A stretch of 64,000 nt of DNA from the NCBI GenBank assembly GCA_965649825.1, contig OZ287696.1, positions 1,832,081 to 1,896,080 on the forward strand. Reading direction: 5' to 3'. The position numbers were made by a program, and so were the translations under genes. Shown here piece after piece: positions 37,626-49,443 of this stretch. Below the pieces are notes generated by a model. The model had not been told where the DNA came from, did not search any database, and was given only the letters and a program-made list of their open reading frames with translations. This DNA is from Penicillus capitatus. Its lineage: Eukaryota > Plantae > Chlorophyta. Each line of letters starts with the position of its first letter. The first letter of the stretch is position 1.

Positions 37626-38313
37626 TTGTTTTCGGAGTTGGCGAAAAGCGTGGTGTCGCCAAGATTTCTATGGAGATTTGACTTTCTCGTGCAGAAGAGG
37701 TGCATTTGGTTCTGAGACGCTTGTTGTCGTGTCAGCGGGGTCTGGTCTCTACAAAGGGCCTTCTTCTCTGGCTCTGCATGCCGGCTGACTCATCTGCCTA
37801 GGAACGTCGTGTCATCACGTGGGTATATAATGGCATATTCTGATCATTCAGGACCTTGCTCTGTAAAACAAAGAAGTCTTCAGCTGTGAACCTTTTCTGC
37901 TCGGCCGACCGGCGACAATGCTCGTAAAGCTTTAAGTCCGAAAACATTTCGATTCAGGATTTGACCAGACTGACGAAACTCGATGCAAATTACATTCGCA
38001 GTGTCACAACCATCCAGGCGCCTCCGAACGATGGAGAGCGACGGATGAGTGCGATCGTCGCAAATTCCTCATAACAGTAGGAGTATGTGTGTCAAAGGAA
38101 AGCTTTCACGCTTACAGAACTAAGGTCTACATATGTTTACGTTCATGTCTTTGTACGCCACAGGTGACATGACACGTCGTATAAGCGCCCCTTCGGAGAC
38201 AGAACCCTGAGAAATCTAGACAGTCACGATGTGACAGCCGTATCCTTTCGACAATGTGGCTGTCAAGTGCAAGGACAAGTTCGCAGCTTTTAAAGGCTAA
38301 GGTCAGGAATACT

Positions 38314-38930
38314 TCACCACCTTGGGTATTTGAAGACGGCAAATCCCTGTAAAAACATCTCGAGTTCCCGTGTTATCTGCTGAGCGTCGAAGTCCGTCGT
38401 CGTCGCGAGCGTATTGACTCTATGTTTTCTGACATCGTTTGCACGATTCCCGAGAGTACCGACCACTCCGTCCGCGACGGAAGATGGAGCCATGTCCTTG
38501 TTTGGCTCCGGAATGGTTCTGGGAAAAGGCGTCGAAAGCACATCGACTAGTTTGGCTCCATAGGCTAGTGACGCCTTCGAAAATGACCGCTCTGTCAATG
38601 CATCGTTTTCTCTCTGGCGGCGGCAAAGTATATACGATTGGTTACCCTTTCAGGCGCCGATACCAAGCACCACTTTGGCTTCATCAAGCTCCAGGTATGG
38701 AGGAAAAAGTGCGTCGTTTTTAGGTACGAGAATGCAGATCTTCGTTCCTTCTGCTGCCAGGATGACCGAACGGGGCAACAAACACTCCGGATGTTCACAT
38801 CTTCTATCGATTCAATGAATATGTCTCCTTCAATGGAACTGGCCACAACCGACAGTTCTCTTCTGATCTTCATACTCTTATACTCTCGAGTGGACAGGGA
38901 GGCTGCCTGGAATGCAGTTCGGGATTCGCT
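38314..38930 (-). CDS. Hypothetical protein, divergent from PRMT5 (model uncertain)
   Basis: Two open exons joined by a plausible 50-nt GT-AG intron. Confidence 0.3.
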
Positions 38931-38992
38931 TCATCCGTCTTGTCACAGCCGTCGGCGGCAATTGCTGCCAATAGCGTCTCTCTCGTGCAACA

Positions 38993-41379
38993 ATGCCGCT
39001 TGGAAAAAGAACAGAGTTCGGAAACTCGCGCTATGTGGGGTTCCAGACGCCGTTCACGCTCTCAACAGACGTCACTCTGAAGGTCGGCAACGAAAGAGAC
39101 GCAATAGTCGATCGACGGTAGCCACGCAGGAAGTCGAACGCGCGGGATTTGACTTCATCATCACGCCATTGCAGCGTCCTATCCGAGGCGTCACGCAGAG
39201 AGAATTCGTCCCCGACGATCTGACACCGATTTCGGGCGAGACGGGAAATCAGGTTAGCGCGATTTCAGAACGAAAGTGCTTGGAATCTAAACACGGTTGG
39301 CAGATCGTGGGACAGGTGACAACAGATGAAGGCGCTTTGGAACAGCAAATAGAATGGGCCATGCACTGTGGTATCCATGCCGTGGTCATCTCACTGACAC
39401 CCAAATCGCATGACCTCATGCACATCGCCCGCGTTGTGAATTCAGTATCCTTTTCTCTTTTCCCCGGTTCCCAAAGAAATCGTGGCCATTCTCTGCAGAC
39501 ACTGGAGGGCAGTGTTTCGAACATGGCCTACTGGATTCACATTAAACTGAATGACGGTTGTGTGTCTTGGCACTGTCTCATCATTTGATGTCTGTTTTAG
39601 AGGAAGAGGACCCATGGGAGACGTGGAATCAGTTGAGATGTCTCTGCCATCACCACTTTCTGTTAGGCGTTCTGCTGGAACTGACCGAAGATCTGCCACG
39701 TCCGCAGCAGATCACTCGCTACTATGGCGAACCTGTTCGAGCCATGCTGATCCCGACAAACTGCTTTGTCACTAACAAGAAAGGCTTCCCTGTACTGCCC
39801 AAGCAACATCGATTCCTCGCAGAGCGCTTTCTGTCGACGAATGTACAGGTAACGGGTCGATCCTCGCTGCTGTCGGGACAGCAAGGCTGATGCACGCAGC
39901 TGGTCTTGGCAGGAGATAATGGCATCCATGACTCTGCATCGAAGAACAATGCTGACGACTCTGCTGTTTCTTCCTTGATGCCACTCGAGAACATGACGCT
40001 TTACTTCGAATATCTCTGCTATCTCTTCAGAAGCCTGCCTACGTTGACAGAAGATCAGATTCTCTCCAGGCAATACTTTGATCAATTGCAGGTCAGATCT
40101 CTTTGCGCGTTCGTTGCCGAACTGAGCCGTTGGTGCTAGATTCCACTGGAACCCCTGAAGGACAATCTGGATGCCCACACTTACGACGTCTTCGAAAAAG
40201 ATGCGCCAAAGTACAGTGCTTATGAGGAGGCCATTCACGGTGCTCTTCTGGACTGGCCGCAAGAAGAACGTGTCAAATCTGTCGTGATCATGGTGGTCGG
40301 CGCAGGTCTGCTTCAGATTTAGCATCGTGAGACCTTACAGAGGCTGTGGTTCGAGGGAGAGGCCCATTAGTGCGCGCTTCCGTACGAGCGGCAAAGGACT
40401 GCGCGCGAAAAGTGCACATCTATGCCATCGAAAAGAACCCTTACGCTGTCATCGACCTCCGTATCCGAGCCACCGAGTGGCAGTCAGTGCTTGCCCGTCT
40501 GCGTCAAGTCCCTTACGCTCGGCGTGTGTCTTTCAGATGGGGAGACACTGTCACGATCGTACCTCACGACATGCGAACGTGGGATGCGCCTGAAAAGGCA
40601 GACATCTTGGTCAGCGAGCTTCTCGGGTCCTTTGGCGACAACGAGCTCTCGCCCGAATGCCTGGACGGTGCACAGCGTTTCCTCAAGGTCTCCCATCGAT
40701 GATCACCCCTGCAGTGCATTGCTGTGGCAACGACAGGAAGGTGGCATCAGCATTCCTGCTTCCTACACCAGTTTCTGCGCACCGATCACAGCCTCGAAGG
40801 CATACTCCTATGCAATGTCCTACAAGGATCGCAAGAACCTCGAAACCTCTTACGTCGTCAAGCTCTCGAATCATGATCTTCTTTCGTCCCCTCTCCCCGT
40901 TTTCACATTCTCTCACCCCAATCGGTAACCCGCTTCTGTCCAATTCCAATCGCTGTTGCACATTGATGTGGTTGCAGAAATCATCCCATCGACAATTCAC
41001 GGTACGCAAAGCTGCAGTTTCGCCGAGATGGAGATGCCCCTGCTTGCATGATGCATGGACTGGTTGGATACTTTGATACCGTACTCCACGGATCTGTTAA
41101 GTTGAGTACCGTACCCGAGAGGCACACCGAAGACATGGAGAGCTGGTTTTCCATGTTCTTTCCACTGACCTCTCCCATCTACGTTCCAAAGGGTCCCATC
41201 ACCATCGACGTGCATTTCTGGAGGCTGGTGGAGCAACGTCAGGTCAGGAGACCTTGTCGAATCCGCACGTCTATCATCCGTGCTCTCGTGTGTAGGTCTG
41301 GTACGAATGGGCAATCACGTCGCCGGAGACGACCATCATTCACAACACCAACGGTCACGCCATTTCCGTCGGGCGCTGA
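38993..41379 (+). CDS. PRMT5: Protein arginine N-methyltransferase 5
   Basis: MPLGKR...SRYVG; DPWETWN; GEPV; PLEPLKDNL...YDVFEKD..KY; VVGAGRGPLV; AIEKNP; [25 protein letters not shown]; SWFSMFFPL; VWYEW. Confidence 0.95.
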
Positions 41380-41532
41380 CATTCTGGGAAGCAAGATGCA
41401 CGTTTATTATACACTCTCGAGGCGTCGATGCGCTGAACGGCAAGACGGGACGGTTAGATGAACGTCGACATGAACGGACTGGATTAAAGACAGCGTCCAT
41501 TGAAACGTCCTCTCGACGCGAACGAACGATCT

Positions 41533-42369
41533 ATGGATGCAGCGAAACATGAGGAGACGCCGCCTGTCAAGATCGCTGAGAAAGAAATGGGCACAGAAGA
41601 ACAGCAATCGATCTTCGGCGGCAAAAGAACACGCCGGCAGAGAGGAGAGGGCGGACAGATCAACACCCCCGATGCGCAACAGAAACTCCGTCGGCGAACG
41701 CGCGCCCGACGTGACTGTTGGCAACTGGATCGATGGTCGCTCAAGGCCGTCTCGCAGATGAGGCTGTACACGAGGTGGATGCGCGAACAGGAGTACACGA
41801 TCCCGCTAATCTACCCAGGAGCTCGACCACATGTTGACTGGAGTGTCGCCGAGGAGGTTCCGTCGGCACTACGATATCGAGACGGTTCGGTGAAGATCGC
41901 TCTCAGCGCGTCGCCTCTGCCACGAAACGAAGTCATCATCAAAGCCGCCGAGCTTCGCTGCGATGCCTCTACGGATATTGCGTTCTACGAGTCCGACGGT
42001 GGTTTGTTCGGTGTCAACATCCAGGTGGCGTCGTTCTTGGTCTCCACCCGAAAGAGCGTTCGTCTCTCGCTGAATCAAGGTCCATGGCCTGCTTCGGAAA
42101 TTGTCATCAATCCCGCTGTCGTGCAGAAGCTGCAAAACGAAAGATTCTGCCGCCTCTGCGAAAAACTGCTCTCGCGTATGCGCGTCATATGCGAAAAGAT
42201 GCGCAAGGACAGAGTGATCGTATATTTGCGACTTGGACTCGATGTGGGAGACGATGAGCGCAGTCTGATCGTCTGCGCAACGGCGAGTTCATCGGCAGCC
42301 GCGCAAGAGACGGCGCACAACATCTGGAAGCGAATCTTAAAGCTGTCCCTTACAGATGATCATCATTAA
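41533..42369 (+). CDS. Hypothetical intronless protein (~278 aa)
   Basis: Long open frame between PRMT5 and RBL10; no family recognised. Confidence 0.55.
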   Translation: MDAAKHEETPPVKIAEKEMGTEEQQSIFGGKRTRRQRGEGGQINTPDAQQKLRRRTRARRDCWQLDRWSLKAVSQMRLYTRWMREQEYTIPLIYPGARPHVDWSVAEEVPSALRYRDGSVKIALSASPLPRNEVIIKAAELRCDASTDIAFYESDGGLFGVNIQVASFLVSTRKSVRLSLNQGPWPASEIVINPAVVQKLQNERFCRLCEKLLSRMRVICEKMRKDRVIVYLRLGLDVGDDERSLIVCATASSSAAAQETAHNIWKRILKLSLTDDHH

Positions 42370-42378
42370 ATCGTTTCG

Positions 42379-43482
42379 ATGCTGCAGAATTCCGTCCCAA
42401 AGTCTCTCTCGCTCTCGTACTCGTACTTTCCTCCTTCTTTTCTCCGGACACGACGATTCCAACGCTTTGGTCATGTCCTCAAATCGTCGCTGCTCGTTGC
42501 CTCCGTCGGCTCTTCTCTGGGTAGAAACAGACAGAGAAGGCATTCGAGACAAAGGCACGTCACTCGCCCTTCGGCATTCGGCGAAACCTCCGTTGGCTCT
42601 GTTCTAGTGCCTCGTCTGGCAACGATGGGTACTCTCGATTCGGAGCAGAGGGCAGACGGGTGACAGATACGTTGATTGTACTCAACGTGGCGATGTTCGG
42701 CCTGCAGTTGCTGACGGGAAAGACGCTGTTGCTCCACGGAGCCAAAGCACGCGATGACCATGCCTTTGCAAATGGACACAGCGTTCGGTTTAGATCAATG
42801 AATTCATCGCCAAGGGCCAAGTCTGGAGATTTCTCACGTCGGCGTTTCTGCACGGAGATCTGCTGCACTTAGGGGTGCGGTAAGGCCTGATGGAGATCTC
42901 TGTTTGCGACGCAGTCGTGTGCGCAGTTCAACTGTAACGCCTTGCATCAGATAGGTCCGTTGGTGGAGTCGACAAGTGGCAAGGCGCGTTTCACCACAGT
43001 CTATCTTGGCTCTGCTGTCGCTGGCGGCATCCTGAGCTTCTGCATGTCGCCGCACATGTCCATCGGCGCCTCCGGTACATTCGATGCGTGGCGGCTTCTG
43101 TGTTTCGACGTTCATCAGGGGCGATCTTTGGAATTGCCGGCGCCTTGGCGATGTTCGCCTGGCGACACAAGACCCTCATGGGCCCAACATCGGATGAACT
43201 CCTAAGAAGTCTTCGCGACACCGCCGCCATTAATTTCATGTACGGCCTGATTGTGCGACGCATCGACAACTGGTGACAGATGCTGCATCGGTTGGCGAAT
43301 CGTGCTGAGCGAGCACGTGCTTCAGGGGACACTTAGGAGGTCTTGTTGGAGGAGCTGCTCTGTCTTATGTTCTCGGTCCTCGACTGCGTCCCGTTCTCAA
43401 GAACAAGAGAGTTGTGGGAATGGCGGACAAGCCGTTCCTGCCGATATTCGTGATAAAAAGCCCGACAAGGTCGCAGAAATGA
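42379..43482 (+). CDS. RBL10: Plastid rhomboid protease (RBL10-like)
   Basis: LLHGAK|INEFIAKGQVWRF..AFLH, HLG|FNCNAL, SIGASG|AIFG, RRIDNW|GHLGGLVGG; catalytic Ser and His present. Confidence 0.88.
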
Positions 43483-45955
43483 ACTCGCCCCTTCGCCGTC
43501 TAGAGTGTGCGTTCCTTCTCGACATGTTTGTCGTACAACGATGCCTTTTGTACACTTTGACGTCAACCACATCTGCCGCCGTGCGTCTTTCGTTGACTGA
43601 ATCGCGATGCACGCCACTTCGATTTCGGAAATGCGAAGTGGATAGCGTTCTGTTTGCTGCCTCATGTTCAGTTGCTGCTCGCGCAGGACTGATCGATATT
43701 TTGCACGCGCTCGGTTACAAGAGACCGATGTCCATTTCGAGTTTCAACAAGCCGCATTTTGAGCTCATGGCCGATATCTTACTGTGGTTGGTGAAACGGT
43801 ACAGAGTGCCATAGATAACTTTGCAAACGCACTGAAGAGCATGGCCGCCTTCTTAGTTGTCATCCAGACATCGACCTGCCTGAAGAGATTGGCACAGAGA
43901 CGGAAAGGGTTGTCTTTCTGACGCATGCAGGATCGCTCCTGTACACAGAGTTTCATCTGAAGCTGGATCTCAAGCGCCTCTACGCGGCGGAAGGCGATGC
44001 CATCGGAGAGTTGCTGAAGGTGGCCACTCTGTTGCATGCCTCGCGGCATGCCGGAGGCCGCTCGGTTTTGCCCGGCATCTCTCAAGATGCTCGTAAACTG
44101 TTGCTGCTGTAGACAAGCGACGGGATGCGTTCGGAAGACGTGGATTGGACGCTTGTACGTCAAGACAGGAGGCGTATCCAGGAACTGATCGAGAACCTTG
44201 GCCGCACAACGTTTGCTCTGCAGAAGGCACTCGAATGCGAAAAATCAGGAAATGACAGCGCACGTCGAAAAGCGATTTCGGTTGCTGTCGACTCCGAGGA
44301 GTTCGTTGCTGCCTTTGACACCCTCTCCTCGAGAATGGACAGTGATCTGAGGTGAGCCGTGCCTTCGAATGCGCGTTGAATTTATGCGGCTGTGTGCATT
44401 AGGGCGAAATCCGGGCGACTAGATGAAGTCTCTGCCGCAAAACAGAAAATCGAAGAGGCTGTCGATTTCAAAAGAGCCGAACTGAGACGCAGCGAGAAAC
44501 GCCTTATCTCGTTGAACACGATACGGCCGTCGTACATGGATGAATACGAAGCGCTTCAGTCTGAATTCCATACTCTGTACTTCCACAGTGGCCTCCGCCT
44601 TGATGAAAACTGCAGCGTCGTGCACTTAGTTACAAACGCTACGTTGAACAGTTTAGGAACGTGAACCACTTGGAGTGTCGCCTCGCGAAGCATCGCAACA
44701 TCGAGATGGCGAAAAAGCATCGCGAGGATAGGGAGATGAAGAGATTACAGAAGCAATGGAAGTGGGCATATACATTCCAATGTCGTCGCTTGTTCTCACC
44801 GACCATCTGCTGTACGCATTAGAAAAGAAGACGGTGCATTCTCAAAGGGCGAACAGAGTGGCATCGATTCGTCTGACACCTCTTCGGACAATGAATGCAC
44901 AAAGGAGAGAAGTGCATCGTGTGGAATCGATGTTCACCTGTCACAGAGAATCCTTTCAGGGCTTAATATCGAGATTCTGTCGAGAGATGACGACGACGGA
45001 GTGACGTTCATCGACGGGCGCAAAGTCGTCGGACGGCTTGTTCATCACGACGACGCATCTGATGCGGAGATCGAAGATTCTAGTGTGGACATATCGAGTG
45101 TTGCAGAAGATACAGACGCGTGTGAAACGGAAATTGCATCCAGTGATGGCTCAGTAAGTGCTTATCCGTCTCATGACGCCAAAAGAAGCCTCTTGCAACA
45201 GAGTCATGCACTTTCCAAGACGGGTTCACGTTCGAATGACGACGTTGTCACACCGCCTGATGACTTCTAATATCATTACCCGCCTCGAGATTGTCTCTCT
45301 TGTATGTTTCGATCTTTTTGATATGGGCGTCGCTCAAGAACTGCCACGCTTGTGTTCGATATCGAAATCATGGAGATCAAGAAGCCTACATGACATTTGT
45401 GTGAGTACTTGGGACTGATTCTGTGATGACCGTTCCCATTGTAAGAAAAACGAATGCCATTTGTAGAGAATGCAAAGATCGAAGCGCGTGCCTCTCCTGG
45501 CTACGACGAGCAAATCATCCAAGACGACGCTAATGCTTCTGTGAGAGCTGTGCAGGATGACCAAGAGATGGATATTAAGAAGGAGGAAGGTGTTCTCGCC
45601 GCAGGGCTGTGTGTGTCTAGTGGGATTGGGTGCCTGTGGTCTTCTCTACGTGGACGTCTTCAACTGGCTCCCAGGATCAATACTAGAATGCCCCATCCGC
45701 TCGACTGCTTGGGGAACACCCCTGGAGAACACTTCGTGGCCCCAGCAACTGCCCAACGGACTCTATGCATGGGTCCTGGAAGAGGACCCGAAACGTCACC
45801 TCATCTTGCGCGGTTTGTTTCTGCAGTGGGTCCTGGAAGACATCGATGGCCTACCGAAGGATCTAGCCGAGTTTGCAGGGCATGTCTCGGTGGTAATGAA
45901 TATCTCTTCGCTCTGCGGTTTCACTGAAACAAACAAACTACAGAGGCAAGCATCA
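43446..45955 (+). repeat. Inverted duplication block X, left arm (true left end not resolvable because the partner runs off the window)
   Basis: Collinear reverse complement of 61492-64000 (coordinate sum 107446-107447). Confidence 0.95.
43607..45270 (+). CDS. IFT38: Intraflagellar transport protein IFT38 / CLUAP1 / FAP22, copy 1
   Basis: LHALGYKRPMSISSFNKPHFELMADILLWLVKR, TETERVVFL, LKRLYAAEGDAIGELLK, IRPSYMDEYE, acidic tail ending DDF*. Confidence 0.88.
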
Positions 45956-46130
45956 AGGTTGCTATGAGTGACATGCTTGGAAATGTTGACGTGCAGGATT
46001 ACAGAACCTCTGCGATCGGCTCTGTTCCGATGGATTCACTGTTCTGGTATTCCCTTGCGATCAACTTAAAAATCAAGAGCCGGATGTGCGACTGAGATTA
46101 AGGCACTCATCAAGGCAGGGGTACTACATC
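45454..46130 (+). CDS. Hypothetical spliced gene, copy A (3' end diverges from copy B)
   Basis: Exons in alternating frames, duplicated at 61391-61993. Confidence 0.35.
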
Positions 46131-46533
46131 ATCCTTCGAATGTCCTCCAAAGTGTGTAGTGATGTCCCATGAGGCCAGCTGAGATGAGGAGAGTGCGACG
46201 AGATCGAGGGTCCTATTCGTCTCGCCTAATAATACGCGTCGGCAGTTCTACCGGGAGCAATTGGCGGTCCTGATGAGAAGACGCGCAGAGCCAGCGTTTT
46301 TCGGGCACGGAAGGCAGCAGACCGCCTGGCGATCATGGCCATGAAGACGCCGTCGGTCGCGTTTCGTGATCGTCGAAGGGGACGCGCGTAAGACCGACCG
46401 AATTCAAAAAACGGCTGCTGTTCATTAAATCGAACATTCAAAGGTAACCGGATTGTTCAAGAGAGTCATGCAAAATCTCAAGAACTTCGACCGGAAAGAA
46501 TGCGATCGGCTTTGCGTTCTTCAGGCGACCTGT

Positions 46534-47038
46534 TTAGCACATGCCTCTCACCCAGCCTGCGGCTGGTTCATGGGGAAACAGCCTGGCGTATCCATTGCAC
46601 GTACCAGAATTCGTGTCAAAGTCCCATGCCAAAATGCCAACCCCTAGACAGAGCCACCATCATCCGACACTTGACTGAATAGATCTGGCAACTTACCAGA
46701 GCATAGGTGCTTAATGCAGTCTTTAATAGTCAGTTGTTGTGTTGTGGAGGCAGCTTTTCCAATGAACCTCAAATCCTTGACTTCGCATGCACATGCAAAA
46801 TAAACAAGAGTTCTCGTTACGCTGCCCGCCATACATTGATTGGCGAGGCCTGTCTTCAAGAACAGTTTGCCGACGACGTGTCCTTCTTCGTCGACTACCC
46901 ACTCTGTGGTAGGGCGGTAAGCGCTCACCTGCCAGAACACCAAACGTTCGCCATCGAGGGTTGCTGCGGTGGAAGGGATCTTGCTGCGTGGAGGCAGAGA
47001 AGAGCGGCAAAGACGAACAAAGCTGCGTTGTCAGACAT
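46534..47038 (-). CDS. Small secreted Cys protein with PAN/apple-like domain, copy 2 (113 aa)
   Basis: MSDNAALFVFAALLCLHA|VSAYRPTTEWVVDEEG...LANQ|FKDLRFIG...KDCIKHLCS|GVGILAWDFDTNSGTCNGYARLFPHEPAAGWVRGMC*. Confidence 0.8.
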
Positions 47039-47127
47039 GGCGTTTGAGACGGAGTTCGAAGAACCTCGGAGAGACAGAAGACACAAACGCGCAAGGGGAA
47101 ATGGCAGTGGTCGAGAATCCTGCTCGA

Positions 47128-47134
47128 ATTTATA
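47128..47134 (-). promoter_or_regulatory. TATA box, copy 2
   Basis: TATAAAT on the minus strand ~90 nt upstream of the ATG. Confidence 0.6.
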
Positions 47135-49443
47135 CCATGCAGCTGCAGTCAGCATTCTAAATCCAGACAGCAAACCCGAAGCGACCTGTCCGAATTCGAC
47201 AGCTGCCTCGTTGGTTGACAGCTGCGTTTTCCAATTCGGTCGTATCCGTCGCCTGCGACCCAGCAGATGGTGCTGTATAGAAAGATCTTGAGGATCCTCG
47301 CGCTCTCATTCGGGATCAGTCGCGATGTGACTGCTCTGGCGGGCGCGCATCTGCCCAACGGTTAGCGTCCATTCGCCTCCCAGCACTCAGCGAGGCAGTT
47401 TCCCTGCGAAACGAGCACGGTCGACCACCTTGCACGGTCACTGCGAAAGAGGAACGGGCTCTGTCTTGCCTATAAAGGGACTGGGTTGATCGCCCGGGCC
47501 CGAGGATGCACTCGCTTGTTGCCATTTCCCGCTGATGCCGCAGCAGTCGAGAACAGCGTACGCCACAAACCAGAGACTCGCGTCGGTTTTTAGCGACGAC
47601 AACCGAAAGATCTCTCCAAGAAACACGCCACAAAGTTGAAGGCGATCTCCGCCGCCGGCTGCATACATGTCACCTGCGCGAACGTTCGAGGCCATGGAGC
47701 GGAAATGGTCCTTCTCAGGGTTGTCCATGGCGCGGCTGCTCTGTCGACAGGCGCATCTTCGAGGGAAGAATCAGCTTCGTTAAACCCTCCCCCCGTCCAT
47801 AAGGATGGACAACGCGCAGCAGGTCCGCCGCGGTCCGTCGTTTACCAGCGCCGTCTTTTGCAGGCGACTGCCTGCCTGCGCGTATGAATCCAGACACGCT
47901 CCGCGAAGTGTCTTCTAACAGTGGTTGCGGTCACCCGTTCATCCGGTCGACGGGGCCTCCGTCCATCCTAACAAACGCTAAGCAGCACGAGAGCAGGTTC
48001 TCGCGTTTTCGGCAGCCAAAAACGAGCGTTTCGCCGCGTCCAACCATCTCCCGTTCTAGCTTCGCATCTTCCGTAGAAATGAAACGAGGCAGGTCTTGAA
48101 TGAAGGCATGGCATGTGCAAGAGATCGCCGGAGAGACGTCATTCGCCCGCCAAGCGACGAGGCATCGCACGCAGTCGTACAGTGATTTGTTTTCCAAGCA
48201 CCCTGCAACTGTTCGCCCTGGCTGTTTTCTTCAAGCTGAGGCGAGGAGACGGCGAATTCTCGTCATGCTAGCGACGGAGATCTGCTATCTTGCCACGCGA
48301 GTAGATGAGCTGGCGTGCGATGTCTTCGGACACAAGACACTGTCGTCTTACCGTAACACCACAACGTGTAATGACTGACTGCTGTCATGTTGCTTGTTCA
48401 CTATCAGACGACGGAGATGCTGCATGAGCGCAGATAGATGGAGTAAACTGCTTTAAACACATCTGATATGGTCAATCGAGTCTGGTAGAGATTCGCAGAC
48501 AACGCACGAGTAGACAGAGAGAAGAATCCGCACAGTAGCAGTGCTGATGCGCACTGCTCTCGATGCCATTCGAAACGGTCGACTTCCTACTGAACAGAAG
48601 CTTAGTGAAAGAGTGAGAAATCACATGATATCCAAGATACTGAAAGAATGCGCGGATTCTCTCTCGAGGAGAACGAGTTACTCTCTTCTCCACATTTGAC
48701 ATTCCCGCGAAGACTGTGCTTGGACAAATGCATCCAGCATCCGTCGTCCTTTCAGCGAATGACTCGTGACGGAAATGAGAAGTTGTTGGACACCACCATG
48801 ATCCGCTTTCAATCACAGACAGACAGAGAACCTGCCGAGCTTTTCGTGATGCAGGATGATACCATGAAAATGCCGATCTTGAGAGTCACGTGGTGGAAGC
48901 ACACGAGGAAGCATTCCAGACCTCGAGACTGGATGTGGGAATACTTGAGAATACAGACCAGATGTTACTGATCCTCTGTTCCGTATGTAGCCAGCTACAC
49001 CTTATCGCGAAGGATACTAACCGGCAGACAGTTGGTGAAGTGACGGACAGGTGTTGACGAAGAGTGTTGAGCTATATCCACAACTTAGATACAAACACAA
49101 AGTCATTCGATATGGTGCTCTTCCAAATGATCCAGCCTGTTTGCGCGTGTGGCTGTCGGCTGAGAGACGATGACATCCGCTAAGCGATAATGATCTTTCA
49201 GCAGATATCGAGTTCATGAATATTCGATGCCTATTCCAGACGTAATACCTAGCTTCTGTCTCATCACCTTTATTTTATAAGAAATTCAAATCAAGCAAGA
49301 TACACCTAGTGTCAGAGAGAGATTTCAGCGAATACGTTGTTGAGCATGGCATCTGTGTCATCAGTGGGTTCAGAAGAGACGGCATACATGCACACTTGAT
49401 GTGACGGACGTCTGTCGTACAAACCAAGCTACATCCAATCCCT

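Larger units (their letters stand above)
46380..48948 (-). repeat. Segmental duplication unit R, copy 2 (inverted)
   Basis: The distal part is near-identical to 34148-34900 (a 114-aa ORF translation is identical); the proximal part is roughly 85-95% identical outside the variable exons. Confidence 0.93.
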
